Of a stretch of DNA of 64,000 bases, positions 29,101-39,628 are shown piece after piece. The DNA comes from Leptonemataceae bacterium. Lineage in GTDB: Bacteria; Spirochaetota; Leptospiria; Leptospirales; Leptonemataceae. Below the pieces are notes generated by a model, which was not told the DNA's origin, ran no database searches, and saw only the letters and a program-made list of their open reading frames with translations. The position numbers and the translations under genes were made by a program. Position 1 is the first letter of the stretch; the number at the start of each line of letters is the position of its first letter. Location: assembly GCA_965227295.1 (NCBI GenBank), contig OZ245742.1:5376001-5440000 (forward strand), read 5' to 3'.

Positions 29101-29562
29101 GTCTGCGAGCACGACCGCCCGGTCATCCGCAATCGAAATCGGTGCCGGTGCGTCAGAGGACATGGACGGCCCCGCACTCCGGAAGGCTTCCAGTTCCGCG
29201 CCGATGCCGAGGCGTTCGCAGATGTCTCGCTTTTGCCGGCGTTCGCGGCAGAACTCGACGTGATCACGCCGCACGCCGGTCACTTCGTAGAACCGGTGAT
29301 GCTCCAGCCATTCCAGCGAACGTTGCTGGATCGTCTTGCCGCACTTCGATACCAGGAAAATATTTCCGGGACCGTAACATTCACTCAGAGCGGTCACCGC
29401 CTCGAAGGCTCCAGGAATCGCCGTGGCCTCGAGGTAACGTTTATCGTGGAAGATCAGATCCGGTTCGTCGGTGTCCGATCCCATCAGCACGTTGCCGATG
29501 TCGATTCCGATGCGCAGTGTTTTATCATGTTTGTGTTGTTCGTTTTTGTGTTGTTCGTTCAT
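29092..29562 (-). CDS. HAD-like/5'-nucleotidase-like hypothetical protein, possibly internally deleted
   Basis: RIGIDIGNVL, PGAFEA, LVSKCG, WLEHHRF, FCRER..K..IC. Confidence 0.6.
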   Translation of the reverse strand: MNEQHKNEQHKHDKTLRIGIDIGNVLMGSDTDEPDLIFHDKRYLEATAIPGAFEAVTALSECYGPGNIFLVSKCGKTIQQRSLEWLEHHRFYEVTGVRRDHVEFCRERRQKRDICERLGIGAELEAFRSAGPSMSSDAPAPISIADDRAVVLADLL

Positions 29563-29883
29563 TCAAGTTATCCCGGCTTCCCCGGGTACAACGGCACACG
29601 TACATACGCAGACCGTCTGCGTAATGCACGGCGTCCGTAAGCTTGCGAAACTGAGAGAGGGATGCGCGGACTTGCGCGATCAGATCGTCAGGCGGGGGAA
29701 GCTCTGTATATATTGCTTCATCATCTTGCGTATCTTAGACGAAGATTTCGCAGTCTTTCCCGTGAAAAAAGATTGCCCGCAATGGCGGCCGGCCACATCC
29801 CGCACGGGGAAAGCGCTGAGCCCGGGCCGCGTCCGCTAGAAATTAGCAGACAGCGAAACTCCGTCCGCTGAACTGTCCGCAGG

Positions 29884-31377
29884 ATGTTGAATAAGCTCGT
29901 TGATCGTATCGCCGCCGCGTCCACCGGGACGATTCTTCTCATCTTCGCGGCCGCGCTGCTCCTCCGTATCCTGACCGCCATCTTCAACGTCGGCTACTTC
30001 GCCGTAGACGACTACAACCTGCTCGGGAACGCCATCCCGGTGCAGACCGCCACGGCCGTAACCGAGTCCGTCACCAATCTGGTGAACATCAGCTACATCC
30101 GCTCACCGCTGCCCCAGGCCCTCGTCTACTACACGGCGCTCTTCGCCCACGACCACTTCGGCGCCGTCGATCCGGTGGACCAGGCGCGCGCGGTCTTCTG
30201 CGTAATGGGCGTGTTGTCCCTGGCATCGCTCTACTTCGGCTGGCGATTTTTCCTGCTGCTCGGCCGCGGACGCGAAGCCGCCATCGCCCTGCTGCTCATC
30301 GGCTTTCACGCGGCTATGCCCTTCCTGAGCACTCGCTCCATGATCGAAAACATGGCGGCGCCGTTCATCATCGCATCGCTCTACTACTTCACGCGCTACT
30401 ACGTAAATCGGGAACGCTCCGAACACCTGTCTCTGGCCGTCTCCGTCCTCCTGCTGGCCCTGGGTTCCCTGCTGCGCTTCCAGACGGGAGTCCTCCTCTT
30501 CGCGTACGCCCCGTTCGTTTACCTCCGTAAGAACAAAGCGGACTACGCCTGGTTCATCGGTGCCGGGCTGGTGTCGTTCGTGGTCAGCGGCCTGCCGGAC
30601 CTCGCCATGCGCGGCATGTTCCACGGCTCGCTGCGCAACTACATCGACTACAATCTCCAGTACTCCTCGGAGTTCGGCACGTCCCCGCCCTGGGCCTACA
30701 TCCCGACGCTCATCATCTTTCTGATTCCGCCGGCTTTCATATCGCGCTACAAAGGCTTCGCCTGGAAAGAACAGTTCCGGCCGTTGTATCCGTTGCTGTT
30801 GAGCCTCGCGGTCTTCTTCGTGGTGCACTCGGCCATTCCGCACAAAGAAGACCGCTTCATGTTTCCGATTCTGCCGGCGCTCTTCGTCGCCGTCGCCCCG
30901 CTCGCGAACTTTCTGTTGCAACAACCGGGGCGCCTGGGCTTTCGCATCTACTTCGTCGTGGTGAACGTCGCGGTCATGATCGGTCTCACGTTCTTTACGT
31001 TTCAAAACAACATGATCGGCCTCGTCCGCTACATGGAGGCGCACCGGGACATTCAGCGCATCGTCATCTTTGAAGGTAGCATGACGTACTACCCCTACTC
31101 GTACTCCACACGCGGCCCGCTCCAGGGCATGCCGCGCATCGTGGCGGCCTGGCAGCCGCCCGTCGAACTCGCGGAGGATTGCACCGAGGTCCTGCTCATA
31201 CGCCAGAATTACTTAGAGAGCGCGCAGTTGCACTTAGCGAACCTCAAAGAGGTCGCCGAATTTCACGCGTCCCCCTTCGAACGCCTCGTGGTCTGGATCA
31301 ATCCCGGCGGCAACCAGCGCCGCGGCGCGATGTACGTCTATCTTCCGAAGCATTGCCCCGTCTCCGATGCACCGTGA
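29884..31377 (+). CDS. GT-C glycosyltransferase, GT22 (PIG-B/Alg9-like) type
   Basis: Multi-TM; HSAIPHKEDRFMFP, LRFQ, YN......FGTSPPWAY. Confidence 0.75.
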   Translation: MLNKLVDRIAAASTGTILLIFAAALLLRILTAIFNVGYFAVDDYNLLGNAIPVQTATAVTESVTNLVNISYIRSPLPQALVYYTALFAHDHFGAVDPVDQARAVFCVMGVLSLASLYFGWRFFLLLGRGREAAIALLLIGFHAAMPFLSTRSMIENMAAPFIIASLYYFTRYYVNRERSEHLSLAVSVLLLALGSLLRFQTGVLLFAYAPFVYLRKNKADYAWFIGAGLVSFVVSGLPDLAMRGMFHGSLRNYIDYNLQYSSEFGTSPPWAYIPTLIIFLIPPAFISRYKGFAWKEQFRPLYPLLLSLAVFFVVHSAIPHKEDRFMFPILPALFVAVAPLANFLLQQPGRLGFRIYFVVVNVAVMIGLTFFTFQNNMIGLVRYMEAHRDIQRIVIFEGSMTYYPYSYSTRGPLQGMPRIVAAWQPPVELAEDCTEVLLIRQNYLESAQLHLANLKEVAEFHASPFERLVVWINPGGNQRRGAMYVYLPKHCPVSDAP

Positions 31378-32408
31378 AACCGCCCGATCAAATCAAGAAG
31401 GTCCTGGTCGTGCGCATGAGTTCCATCGGCGACATCGTGCTGACCACGCCGATCATTCGTTCACTGAAGCAGGCCCGCCCGGACATCGAGCTGCACTATC
31501 TCACCCGCGCCGCCTACGGTGACATCCTGGCGCACAACCCGCACGTGGATCGGCTGCATCTGGCGCAGCATTCCCCGCGGGAACTAAGCGCGGCGCTGCG
31601 CTCCGAACGTTTCGATTACGTCCTCGATCTGCACAACAACGCGCGCTCGCTGCGAATTTTACTGAACCTGCGCCGGCCTTTCCGTCGCTTTCCCAAGCAT
31701 AACTTCGCGAAGCTGCGCATGACGATGTTCAAGCAATCGGTTCACATTCCCCACGTCGTGGAACGCTACGCCGCCGCGCTGAAACCGCTGAACATACCGC
31801 TCGACGACGGCGGCCTGGATTTCTTTCTGCCCGACGACGCCCGGGAACGCGCCCGGACATTGCTGAGCGAACGCTTCGGCACCGACCGCGGCGCCGGCGC
31901 CGGGAACAACGGCAGTGGCATCCTGGCGGTTGTTCTCGGCGCCAAACATCGCACGAAGATCTGGGTGCCCGAGCACTTTCGCGCGCTGCTGAAACTCCGT
32001 AACCGCCCCGCGATTCTCCTCGGCGGCCCGGACGACCGCCCCATGGCCGATGAAATCCTGGCTTCGCTACAAACTTCTGCTCGCGAGAAGTTACTGGACG
32101 CCGTGGGCCGCACGGACCTGGGAACCTCGGCCGCCCTGCTCGAACACGGCGACGTCGTGCTCAGTCACGATACGGGGCTCATGCACATCGCCGCGGCGCT
32201 ACAGAAAAAAACGGTCACGCTCTGGGGCAACACCATCCCCGGCTTCGGCATGACGCCTTATCGCGCGCCGCACCGCATTCTGGAAGTCAACGGCCTCGGC
32301 TGCCGGCCGTGCAGCAAGATCGGCTACGACCGCTGTCCGCAAGGACACTTTCGGTGCATGCGCGAGATTACGCCGGAGATGGTGGCTACAGCCCTCGAGA
32401 CGATCTGA
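31374..32408 (+). CDS. Glycosyltransferase family 9 (heptosyltransferase-like)
   Basis: [25 protein letters not shown]...C...HFRCM; GTGA overlap. Confidence 0.93.
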   Translation: MKPPDQIKKVLVVRMSSIGDIVLTTPIIRSLKQARPDIELHYLTRAAYGDILAHNPHVDRLHLAQHSPRELSAALRSERFDYVLDLHNNARSLRILLNLRRPFRRFPKHNFAKLRMTMFKQSVHIPHVVERYAAALKPLNIPLDDGGLDFFLPDDARERARTLLSERFGTDRGAGAGNNGSGILAVVLGAKHRTKIWVPEHFRALLKLRNRPAILLGGPDDRPMADEILASLQTSAREKLLDAVGRTDLGTSAALLEHGDVVLSHDTGLMHIAAALQKKTVTLWGNTIPGFGMTPYRAPHRILEVNGLGCRPCSKIGYDRCPQGHFRCMREITPEMVATALETI

Positions 32409-33504
32409 ACACGATCTTATCGTAACCGATGAAGTTCAGCACGATGGCCACGGCGATGCCGATCAGCTTGGCCAGCACGTACCACATGCCCGCCGTGGTC
32501 AGCACGTAAAACAACACGAGCCGCGCCGCGAAGGAGAGGCCGGTGACCACGTTGAACAGCAGCAGCTTCCCGACCCACTCACCCGGGCTCCGAAATTTGT
32601 AGCGCCAGGTGATGGCCGAGTGCAGTAAGAAACCGGTGATGATGGACACCTCGATCGAGATGGCGTTCGCAATGTTTTCAATGACGGGGTTACCGGTGAA
32701 GCCGAGCAGTTCCACGAGCAGAATCATGGACACCAGCTCCGAGGCCGCCACGAGCAGACCATTCACGCCGTACTTCACGAGCCGCGCGAAACCGGACGAG
32801 TTGTACTTGAAGATGCACCAGAAGGCGCGAATCGCATCCTTCCAGCCGATCTTTTTGCCTTCTTCGTAGGTGCGCCCGTAGTAAGAAATACCTACTTCGT
32901 AGATGCGCACGCGCAGTTGCGGGTCCCGCGCCTGCCCGGCGATCTTCGCCGTAATTTCCGGCTCGAAGCCGAAGCGATTTTCCTCCACCTGCACGCGTTT
33001 GATCACGTCGCGCTTGAAGACCTTATAACATGTTTCCATATCAGTAAGATTGAGATCGGAAAACATGTTGCTCAAGAGCGTGAGGAACTGGTTGGCCAGC
33101 ATGTGCCAGAAGTACAGAATGCGATGCGGCTCCCCGCCCATGAAGCGCGAGCCGTAGACGACGTCCGCCTTGTCTTCGAGGATCGGCGTCAACAATTTCG
33201 GGTATTCGTTGGGATCATACTCCAGGTCCGCGTCCTGGATGAGGACCAGATCCCCGTCGGCGTGCTCGAAACCGGTTCGCAGAGCGGCGCCTTTGCCCTG
33301 GTTGACATCGTGCAGAATGATCCGGCGGCCCGGCCCTTCCAATTCCCGGAGGATGTCGCGCGTGCCGTCCCGGGAACCGTCATCTACGAGGACGATTTCC
33401 TTTGCGGTGATCCCCTTCGGCAGCGGTGCCTTCTCGACGACGTCGAGAATGGTACGCAACGTGGCCTGCTCGTTGTAAACAGGCATGACTATGGATAACT
33501 TCAT
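32386..33504 (-). CDS. GT2 polyprenol-phosphate glycosyltransferase fused to GtrA-like domain
   Basis: [36 protein letters not shown], then a 4-TM GtrA-like tail. Confidence 0.9.
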   Translation of the reverse strand: MKLSIVMPVYNEQATLRTILDVVEKAPLPKGITAKEIVLVDDGSRDGTRDILRELEGPGRRIILHDVNQGKGAALRTGFEHADGDLVLIQDADLEYDPNEYPKLLTPILEDKADVVYGSRFMGGEPHRILYFWHMLANQFLTLLSNMFSDLNLTDMETCYKVFKRDVIKRVQVEENRFGFEPEITAKIAGQARDPQLRVRIYEVGISYYGRTYEEGKKIGWKDAIRAFWCIFKYNSSGFARLVKYGVNGLLVAASELVSMILLVELLGFTGNPVIENIANAISIEVSIITGFLLHSAITWRYKFRSPGEWVGKLLLFNVVTGLSFAARLVLFYVLTTAGMWYVLAKLIGIAVAIVLNFIGYDKIVFRSSRGL

Positions 33505-33661
33505 GCGACGTTCAACATTTTTGTTAACAGTTTACCGAACAACTAAAAAAGATTTGTCCGCCATCCCGGCGTGGTGAAGCTTGCAGACGTCGCCGCGCGG
33601 GAACGCGCCTGGCGCTTGCAGCGATTCTCTATATCACAAACTTTTTAAGATGTCCCGGCCG

Positions 33662-33976
33662 ATGAAACGTTACGCCCGAATTACGAAAAAAATCCATCCC
33701 ATACTCGGCACCGCCCTGCTGGCCGTGGCCCTGAGCGGCGCCGGTTGCAAAAACGTCGTGGAGGAGAAGTGCTTCCAGGTCTGCGACATGTTCGCCGAAT
33801 GCACGGCAAAGATCCAGAAGATGCCGGTGAGCGGCCCCCTGCGCGGCAAGCTGGTGGAAGATTGCATGACTCCCTGCACCAATTATCACCACGAAATGCT
33901 GGGCTGTTACGAGGAGTTCGAAGGCTCCTGTGAAAAAATGGCGCTGTGTATCACAAACAGTGGGGTGCTATTTTGA
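33662..33976 (+). CDS. Cys-rich lipoprotein (Leptospira-type)
   Basis: Lipobox AGC followed by 8 regularly spaced Cys. Confidence 0.7.
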   Translation: MKRYARITKKIHPILGTALLAVALSGAGCKNVVEEKCFQVCDMFAECTAKIQKMPVSGPLRGKLVEDCMTPCTNYHHEMLGCYEEFEGSCEKMALCITNSGVLF

Positions 33977-35811
33977 CCGCCGGCCGTCCCGTCTTACTCT
34001 ACATCGCCCTTGGCCTGAGCGCCCTGGCCCTGGCGAGCACCCTGCCCTTCGATCCGCTGGACATCGACAGTTCTTCGTACGCGTTGATCGCAAGGGAGAT
34101 GATCGAAGAATCCCGCACCGATGACGACGAGGGCTGTGTCATCGATTCCGCCGTGAGCGCGAGCGGCGAGTGCGCCTGGTGGGAATCCTACGTCTTCCTG
34201 CGCCAGGGCGGACGCCGCTACTTCGATAAGCCCATCCTCACGTTCTGGACCGTGGCCGCGTCGTTCTCCGTCTTCGGCTTCTCGAACTGGGCCTACCGCC
34301 TGCCGGCCTTACTCATCACACTCATCTCCGTTTATTCCATCTTTCGCATCACGGTGCTCATCAGCGGCGATCGGCGGCGCGGGCTCATCGCGGCGCTGCT
34401 CTACGCCACGGCCCCCGGCGTCTTCGCGATGCTGCTGGATACGAAAATCGACGTCTATCTCAACGCGTATCTCATCTTCCTGCATCACGCCTACTACCTG
34501 GGCGTCAAAGAAAACCGGCGCTGGTATTTGCTCATGTACCTCTTCGCCGGCCTGGGCTTCATCACGAAAGGTCCCATCGCCGTGGCGATTCCGTGCATCT
34601 CCATCGGCCTGGACATCCTGGTACGCCGGGACTGGCAGCGCCTGGGATCCATGTACCTCGTCCCGGGAATTCTGATCGCTCTTATTCCGCCGGCGGTCTG
34701 GACCTTCTTCCTGTACCTCGAGTACGAGAGCTACGGACCGTACTACTTCCTGTGGCTGCAATCGTTTGGAAGATTCATCAGCAAAGCCAACTACAGCTGG
34801 TCCAAGAAGTACGATCCCCTGTTCTTCTTAAGTAACTTTGCCTGGGCCTTTGCGCCGTTCCTGCTCGCGTTGTTTTATCATGTCATCCGCGAGATTGCGG
34901 CGTTCTTTCGTCGCGGCGAGTACCGAACCCTGCTCTCCGATCTGCGCGGCAATCGTTACAAGGACCGGGACTTCACCTTGCCGTTCTGGTTGTTCGTCTT
35001 CATGGCGGGCATCAGCTTCTCGCGCTTCCAGTTGCCTCAGTACGTCTACTGGGTGTTGCCCGCCGCCGCGATCCTCACCTCCGGCGTCCTCGCACGCTAT
35101 CTTTACGGAGCCTATGCCCGCGCCCCGGAAGCGCCGGCGGCCAGCATGGTCGCGGCGGTTACCGGTACCGGGCGAGCCGAGGAACGCCAGGCACCGAAGC
35201 TGTTTCGCTACTTGTTGTACGTCGTGCCCGTGTTGATCGCAATTGTGTTGATCGCCGCCGCGTTTGTCACGTTTACGCCCGGCGTCTTGTACTTCGTGAT
35301 ACTCGTCGGCGGGGCGGTCTTCGCCTGGAACCTGCGTCGCGAACCGGGTACCGGCGTGGCCGTAACCATCGCGGCGATCCTCGCCGCTTACTTCGTCGCG
35401 ACGGCCTACATCTATCCCGACATGATTCGTTATCAGCCCGGGTCGCGCATGGGTCCCATCTTACAAAAGCTGGAACCGGAAGAAGACAACATCTACACCT
35501 ATCGTCTGTCGTTTTCTTACAAGAGCATCCCGCTCTACTCGTACAAACGATACCGGGTCCTCTACGATAAAGACAAACTGCGGCAGGAACTGCGTGAAAA
35601 AGGCTCCCGCCTCGTGGCGACTCACGAACGTTTCTATCCGGAACTGCAGTTATTCCTGAGCGATTGCTGCGAGGTGGAACTGGTGGAAAACTTCGAATGG
35701 TATAAGGTATCCATGCCGAAACCGAGGTTCTTCATTCGTTCGGAACGTCCCGAACTGACGCAAGGCCAGGGCATCATCGTCGCAAAAATGACGTTGAAAG
35801 ATTCCGAATAA
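33973..35811 (+). CDS. ArnT/GT39-like GT-C glycosyltransferase
   Basis: DSSSYA..AREM, FDKP...W, AYRLP, GFITKGP, QLPQY; TTG start overlapping the previous stop. Confidence 0.88.
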   Translation: MTAGRPVLLYIALGLSALALASTLPFDPLDIDSSSYALIAREMIEESRTDDDEGCVIDSAVSASGECAWWESYVFLRQGGRRYFDKPILTFWTVAASFSVFGFSNWAYRLPALLITLISVYSIFRITVLISGDRRRGLIAALLYATAPGVFAMLLDTKIDVYLNAYLIFLHHAYYLGVKENRRWYLLMYLFAGLGFITKGPIAVAIPCISIGLDILVRRDWQRLGSMYLVPGILIALIPPAVWTFFLYLEYESYGPYYFLWLQSFGRFISKANYSWSKKYDPLFFLSNFAWAFAPFLLALFYHVIREIAAFFRRGEYRTLLSDLRGNRYKDRDFTLPFWLFVFMAGISFSRFQLPQYVYWVLPAAAILTSGVLARYLYGAYARAPEAPAASMVAAVTGTGRAEERQAPKLFRYLLYVVPVLIAIVLIAAAFVTFTPGVLYFVILVGGAVFAWNLRREPGTGVAVTIAAILAAYFVATAYIYPDMIRYQPGSRMGPILQKLEPEEDNIYTYRLSFSYKSIPLYSYKRYRVLYDKDKLRQELREKGSRLVATHERFYPELQLFLSDCCEVELVENFEWYKVSMPKPRFFIRSERPELTQGQGIIVAKMTLKDSE

Positions 35812-35829
35812 AGTTTACGATCTGGCCCG

Positions 35830-37752
35830 ATGAGGCCGTCGACCCGCGCAGCACAGCCGCAACAACGATACGCAATTGCACGAATCGCACGATCTCTGTG
35901 CGTCGGCGTCATCGTATTCTCCGCCGGCATTCTGCTTACCGGCGCAACGCACGCCGAACCATTGCAGGTGTCTTCCGACGCCGGCAACCTGGCCATCGGC
36001 CGTCACGTCGACTATCTCGAGGATCCGAACGGTGAGTACAACCTGGCCGACGTGCAAACGCCGCCGCTCTCGGAACAATTCAAGCGGTCCACGGAAGAAC
36101 GCATCAACTTCAGCTACACCCCGTCGACCTACTGGTTCCGCCTGCAGCTCACTACCGATGCAAGCCGCGAACTCCCGGTGCTCCTGGAACTCGTCTCGCT
36201 GATCGACGACGTCCGCATCTACGTCCCGGACGCGGACGGCGAATACCTGGAGCGACGCTACGGCCGCTGGCGTCCCCTCGAAGAACGGGACCTCAAGCAT
36301 CGCAACTTTCTGTTTCGATTCACGCTGCCGCCGAACGAGATCCGTACGATCTACATGCGTTTTCAGAGCGAGGGCGCCCTGCTCTTACCGCTGACCCTCT
36401 GGACCGTGGAAAGCTTTGCCGCGAAAGATCACGAGGAACAAATCGTCTTCGGCCTCTACTTCGGCGTCCTGCTGGTGATGGTCCTTTACAACTCGTTCCT
36501 GTTCGTGTGGCTCCGGGACACGGGATACTTCTACTATGTCGCCTACATCCTGAGCTTCGGCCTCATTCTCAGCGGGGTCTGGGGCTTCAGCCACGAGTAC
36601 GTCTTTTCCTGGAACATGTGGCTTGCGAACCGCAGCATTCCCATATTCATCGGTACGTCTTCGTTCTTCGCGCTGCAATTCACGCGTAAGTTTCTCGAAA
36701 CGAAAACCAGGCATCCGCGGTTGCATATCGTCATCCTCATCATCGCCGGCCTCGCCGCCGCGCAAACGATCTACGCCATCTTCGGGAACTACGGCCTCGC
36801 CGTCCGCGCCGGCACTTACATTGCACTCGGCGCCTGCCTCATGCTGTTCGCGGCTCCCGTCATCAGTCTCATCTCCGGCAACCGCGCGGCGCGCTACTTT
36901 CTACTCGCCTTCATCGCTCTCATAGTCGGTGTGGTGGTGATCCTGCTGCGCAACCTGGGCGTGTTGCCGTACAATTTTCTCACGAACTACTCGAGCCTCA
37001 TCGGATCGGCCATGGAAGTGGTACTGCTTTCCCTGGCGCTGGGAGATCGTTTTAATTTGATTCGCGCGGAAAAAGAACGCATTCAGTTGGAATCGCTGCA
37101 AAAAGAACGACGATTGAACGAGGCCTTCGCGCGTTTTGTGCCCACCACGTTTCTGGAGTTGCTGGAAAAACAGGGCATCGTCGACGTGCAACCGGGCGAT
37201 GCGGTCCGGCGCGATCTGGCCATCCTCTTCGCGGACATTCGTTCGTTTACGGATCTTTCCGAAAACATGTCCGCCGAGGATAACTTTCACTTCATCAACG
37301 CTTACCTGCGCCGCATGAATCCCGTCATCCGCGAGCACGGCGGCTTCATCGACAAATACATCGGCGACGCGGTGATGGCTCTGTTTCCCGGTTCGGCGGC
37401 GGGAGCGCTGCGCGCCGGCCTGGCCATGCGGCAAGCGCTGAACGAGTACAATGTGGAGCGGAGTTCGAAGGGCATGCAGGAAATCGACATCGGCATCGGC
37501 ATTCACTACGGCTCCACAATGCTCGGTACCGTCGGCGATGCGAAACGCATGGACGGCACGGTCATCTCGGACGCGGTGAACGTGGCTTCGCGCCTGGAAG
37601 GACTGACCAAGAAGTTCGCCACACCCATCATCGTCAGTGAGGCCGTGCTGAAAGAAAGCGGATTGCGGGACGAAATCCGGCATCGTTTCCTGGGCGAGGT
37701 GGAGATCCGCGGCAAAAAAGAGCGCACGGCCATCTATACCATCGACGCATGA
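35830..37752 (+). CDS. Adenylate/guanylate cyclase with 7TM-DISM sensor
   Basis: 7TMR-DISM-like periplasmic and 7TM region; FADIRSFT, IDKYIGDAVM, ISDAVNVASRLE. Confidence 0.93.
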   Translation: MRPSTRAAQPQQRYAIARIARSLCVGVIVFSAGILLTGATHAEPLQVSSDAGNLAIGRHVDYLEDPNGEYNLADVQTPPLSEQFKRSTEERINFSYTPSTYWFRLQLTTDASRELPVLLELVSLIDDVRIYVPDADGEYLERRYGRWRPLEERDLKHRNFLFRFTLPPNEIRTIYMRFQSEGALLLPLTLWTVESFAAKDHEEQIVFGLYFGVLLVMVLYNSFLFVWLRDTGYFYYVAYILSFGLILSGVWGFSHEYVFSWNMWLANRSIPIFIGTSSFFALQFTRKFLETKTRHPRLHIVILIIAGLAAAQTIYAIFGNYGLAVRAGTYIALGACLMLFAAPVISLISGNRAARYFLLAFIALIVGVVVILLRNLGVLPYNFLTNYSSLIGSAMEVVLLSLALGDRFNLIRAEKERIQLESLQKERRLNEAFARFVPTTFLELLEKQGIVDVQPGDAVRRDLAILFADIRSFTDLSENMSAEDNFHFINAYLRRMNPVIREHGGFIDKYIGDAVMALFPGSAAGALRAGLAMRQALNEYNVERSSKGMQEIDIGIGIHYGSTMLGTVGDAKRMDGTVISDAVNVASRLEGLTKKFATPIIVSEAVLKESGLRDEIRHRFLGEVEIRGKKERTAIYTIDA

Positions 37753-37762
37753 GCTGGTACGT

Positions 37763-37793
37763 AAAAAAGGCCCCGCTCGAATGAACGGGGCCT
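37763..37793 (-). terminator. Rho-independent terminator of flaB
   Basis: Minus strand AGGCCCCGTTC-ATTC-GAGCGGGGCCT followed by a T-run. Confidence 0.85.
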
Positions 37794-37837
37794 GGAAAGA
37801 AGGGAACGTCTCGGGTTTATCCCGAGCGCCGCTCCGA

Positions 37838-38683
37838 TTAACGGAGCAACTGCAGCACGGACTGCGGACGGAGGTTCGCCTGAGCGAGCATGGCCGTTCC
37901 GGATTGAACCAGAATCTGGTTCTTCGTAAAGGCCACGGATTCCTCCGCCATGTCCGTGTCACGGATGCGGGACTCGGACGCCTGCAAGTTTTCGTAGGCG
38001 ACCATCAGCCCCTGAGCGGCGTGTTCCAGACGATTGTAATAAGCGCCGAGATCAGCGCGCTGCTTGTTCACCCGATGCAGCGCTGCGTCCAGGACACCTA
38101 TCGCGTCATTCGCGAACTCCATGGTCGAAAGGGTGAGTAAGGTACCGTCATTGCGCGTCAAGTTCAGCGCCTGGGAAGTCATCGTGCCGATGTAGACACG
38201 CTCCCGCTGGTGCTGGTTGGCGCCCATGTGGAACCACATTGAAGACACACGCGATCCGCGTGCGAAATCGCCCTGCAGAAGATTCATTTTGTTGAACTCG
38301 GCCTGCGAAGCGATACGATCGACTTCGTCGATCAGCTGCGAGACCTCGACCTGAATCATCTGCCGGTCGTTAGCGGTATAGATGCCGTTAGAAGATTGTA
38401 CGGCGAGGACCCGAATTCTCTGAAGAATATCGGTGACTTCCCCGAGATAACCTTCCGTGGTTTGAATCATGGACATACCGTCTTCGGTATTCCGTTCTGC
38501 CTGACGCAAACCGCGGATTTGTGACCGCATTTTCTCGGAAACCGCGAGACCGGAAGCGTCATCTCCCGCGCGGTTGATCCGCATACCGGAAGACAGCTTC
38601 TCCATGTTTTTATTCACGTCGACGTGCTGAAACTTCAGGACGCGGTGCGAGTTGATCGCAGAGAGGTTATGGTTAATAATCAT
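37838..38683 (-). CDS. flaB: Periplasmic flagellar filament core protein (flagellin)
   Basis: [45 protein letters not shown], 281 aa. Confidence 0.98.
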   Translation of the reverse strand: MIINHNLSAINSHRVLKFQHVDVNKNMEKLSSGMRINRAGDDASGLAVSEKMRSQIRGLRQAERNTEDGMSMIQTTEGYLGEVTDILQRIRVLAVQSSNGIYTANDRQMIQVEVSQLIDEVDRIASQAEFNKMNLLQGDFARGSRVSSMWFHMGANQHQRERVYIGTMTSQALNLTRNDGTLLTLSTMEFANDAIGVLDAALHRVNKQRADLGAYYNRLEHAAQGLMVAYENLQASESRIRDTDMAEESVAFTKNQILVQSGTAMLAQANLRPQSVLQLLR

Positions 38684-38685
38684 TT

Positions 38686-38760
38686 AGTTTCCTCCGTGAA
38701 ACTGAACTCGTACCCGGGACTTTAAAATTACGCGCTCACCCCTCCCTGGGTAAGACACGC
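38686..38760 (-). promoter_or_regulatory. Two tandem CsrA-type GGA-loop hairpins in the flaB leader
   Basis: AGTTTC-ACGGAG-GAAACT (covers the SD) and CTTACCC-AGGGAG-GGGTGAG. Confidence 0.7.
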
Positions 38761-38806
38761 TGCCCGGTCCGCGGACCCTGGCGGTTCCGCGACTGCTACG
38801 GTTACA

Positions 38807-38834
38807 TCATCGTGGATTGGGCGGGCGAAGATTA
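38807..38834 (-). promoter_or_regulatory. Putative sigma-28 promoter of flaB
   Basis: Minus strand TAAT-N16-CACGATGA compared with the consensus TAAA-N15/16-GCCGATAA. Confidence 0.5.
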
Positions 38835-38981
38835 GGGGTGCGGTCGCAATTTTGGAAAAATCGCTCCGTTTTTGGGAAAACCCGGATTGTCCCGGGGAAT
38901 TACGTTTTTTTTCGCGGCCCGGAAAAAAGTTCCGCGAAAGTCTAAAGGTCAGTAACTTACACTGAAATAAAGTTAGGGGCG

Positions 38982-39575
38982 CTAAAGACTGCGGAACTGC
39001 GTGAGGGGGTCGAGGATGTGAGTGATCTGAACGCCGAAGTACTCTTCCAGGACGATAAGCCGCCCCCGCCCGAAGAGCCGATCGTTGATCAGAATATCCA
39101 CCTCGTCGCCGACCTGTTTGTCCAGTTCCACGATGGAACCCTCGCCGAGCATCAGAACGTCCTTAATGTACATCTGGGTGCGGCCGAGTTCCACGGTGAA
39201 CCGCAGAGTCACGTCCATCAGGAGCTCGACGTTTTCGGAGCGCTCGCCGCCGCCGCGTCGGCCGGAGGATGCCGGACGACCGCCGCCCCCACCACCGCCG
39301 CCTGCCGGGGGTCCGCCGCCCACGGCGCCGGCCAGGGCGTTCAGCGCCTCCTGGTCCAGGCCCATGCCTCCGGCATCACCGCCGGTATCGCCGGCCCCGC
39401 CGCCGAGCAGGGAGTCGAGGTTCAGATCGTCGCCGCCGCCATCTCCTCCACCTCCGCCGCCAAGAAGGTCACCGAGACCACCGTCATCGCCGCCGGCGTC
39501 TCCGCCGCCGCCGTCGCCCATATTCAGGAGGGCGTCAATCTCGTCCTGGGATAAGCTGCCGCTGTCGTCCGCCAT
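38982..39575 (-). CDS. fliN: Flagellar motor switch protein FliN with Gly-rich linker
   Basis: LSQDEIDALL; LLMDV...VELGRT...GSIVEL...IND...G. Confidence 0.9.
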   Translation of the reverse strand: MADDSGSLSQDEIDALLNMGDGGGGDAGGDDGGLGDLLGGGGGGDGGGDDLNLDSLLGGGAGDTGGDAGGMGLDQEALNALAGAVGGGPPAGGGGGGGGRPASSGRRGGGERSENVELLMDVTLRFTVELGRTQMYIKDVLMLGEGSIVELDKQVGDEVDILINDRLFGRGRLIVLEEYFGVQITHILDPLTQFRSL

Positions 39576-39628
39576 ATCTTTCTGATTATCGACCCGGAGC
39601 GAGAAAGTCGATACTAAAGAAGAGTCTC

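Noticed and set aside
29563..29883. 320-bp intergenic region as a possible ncRNA or small gene
   Set aside because: No recognisable RNA structure or credible ORF; consistent with divergent promoters
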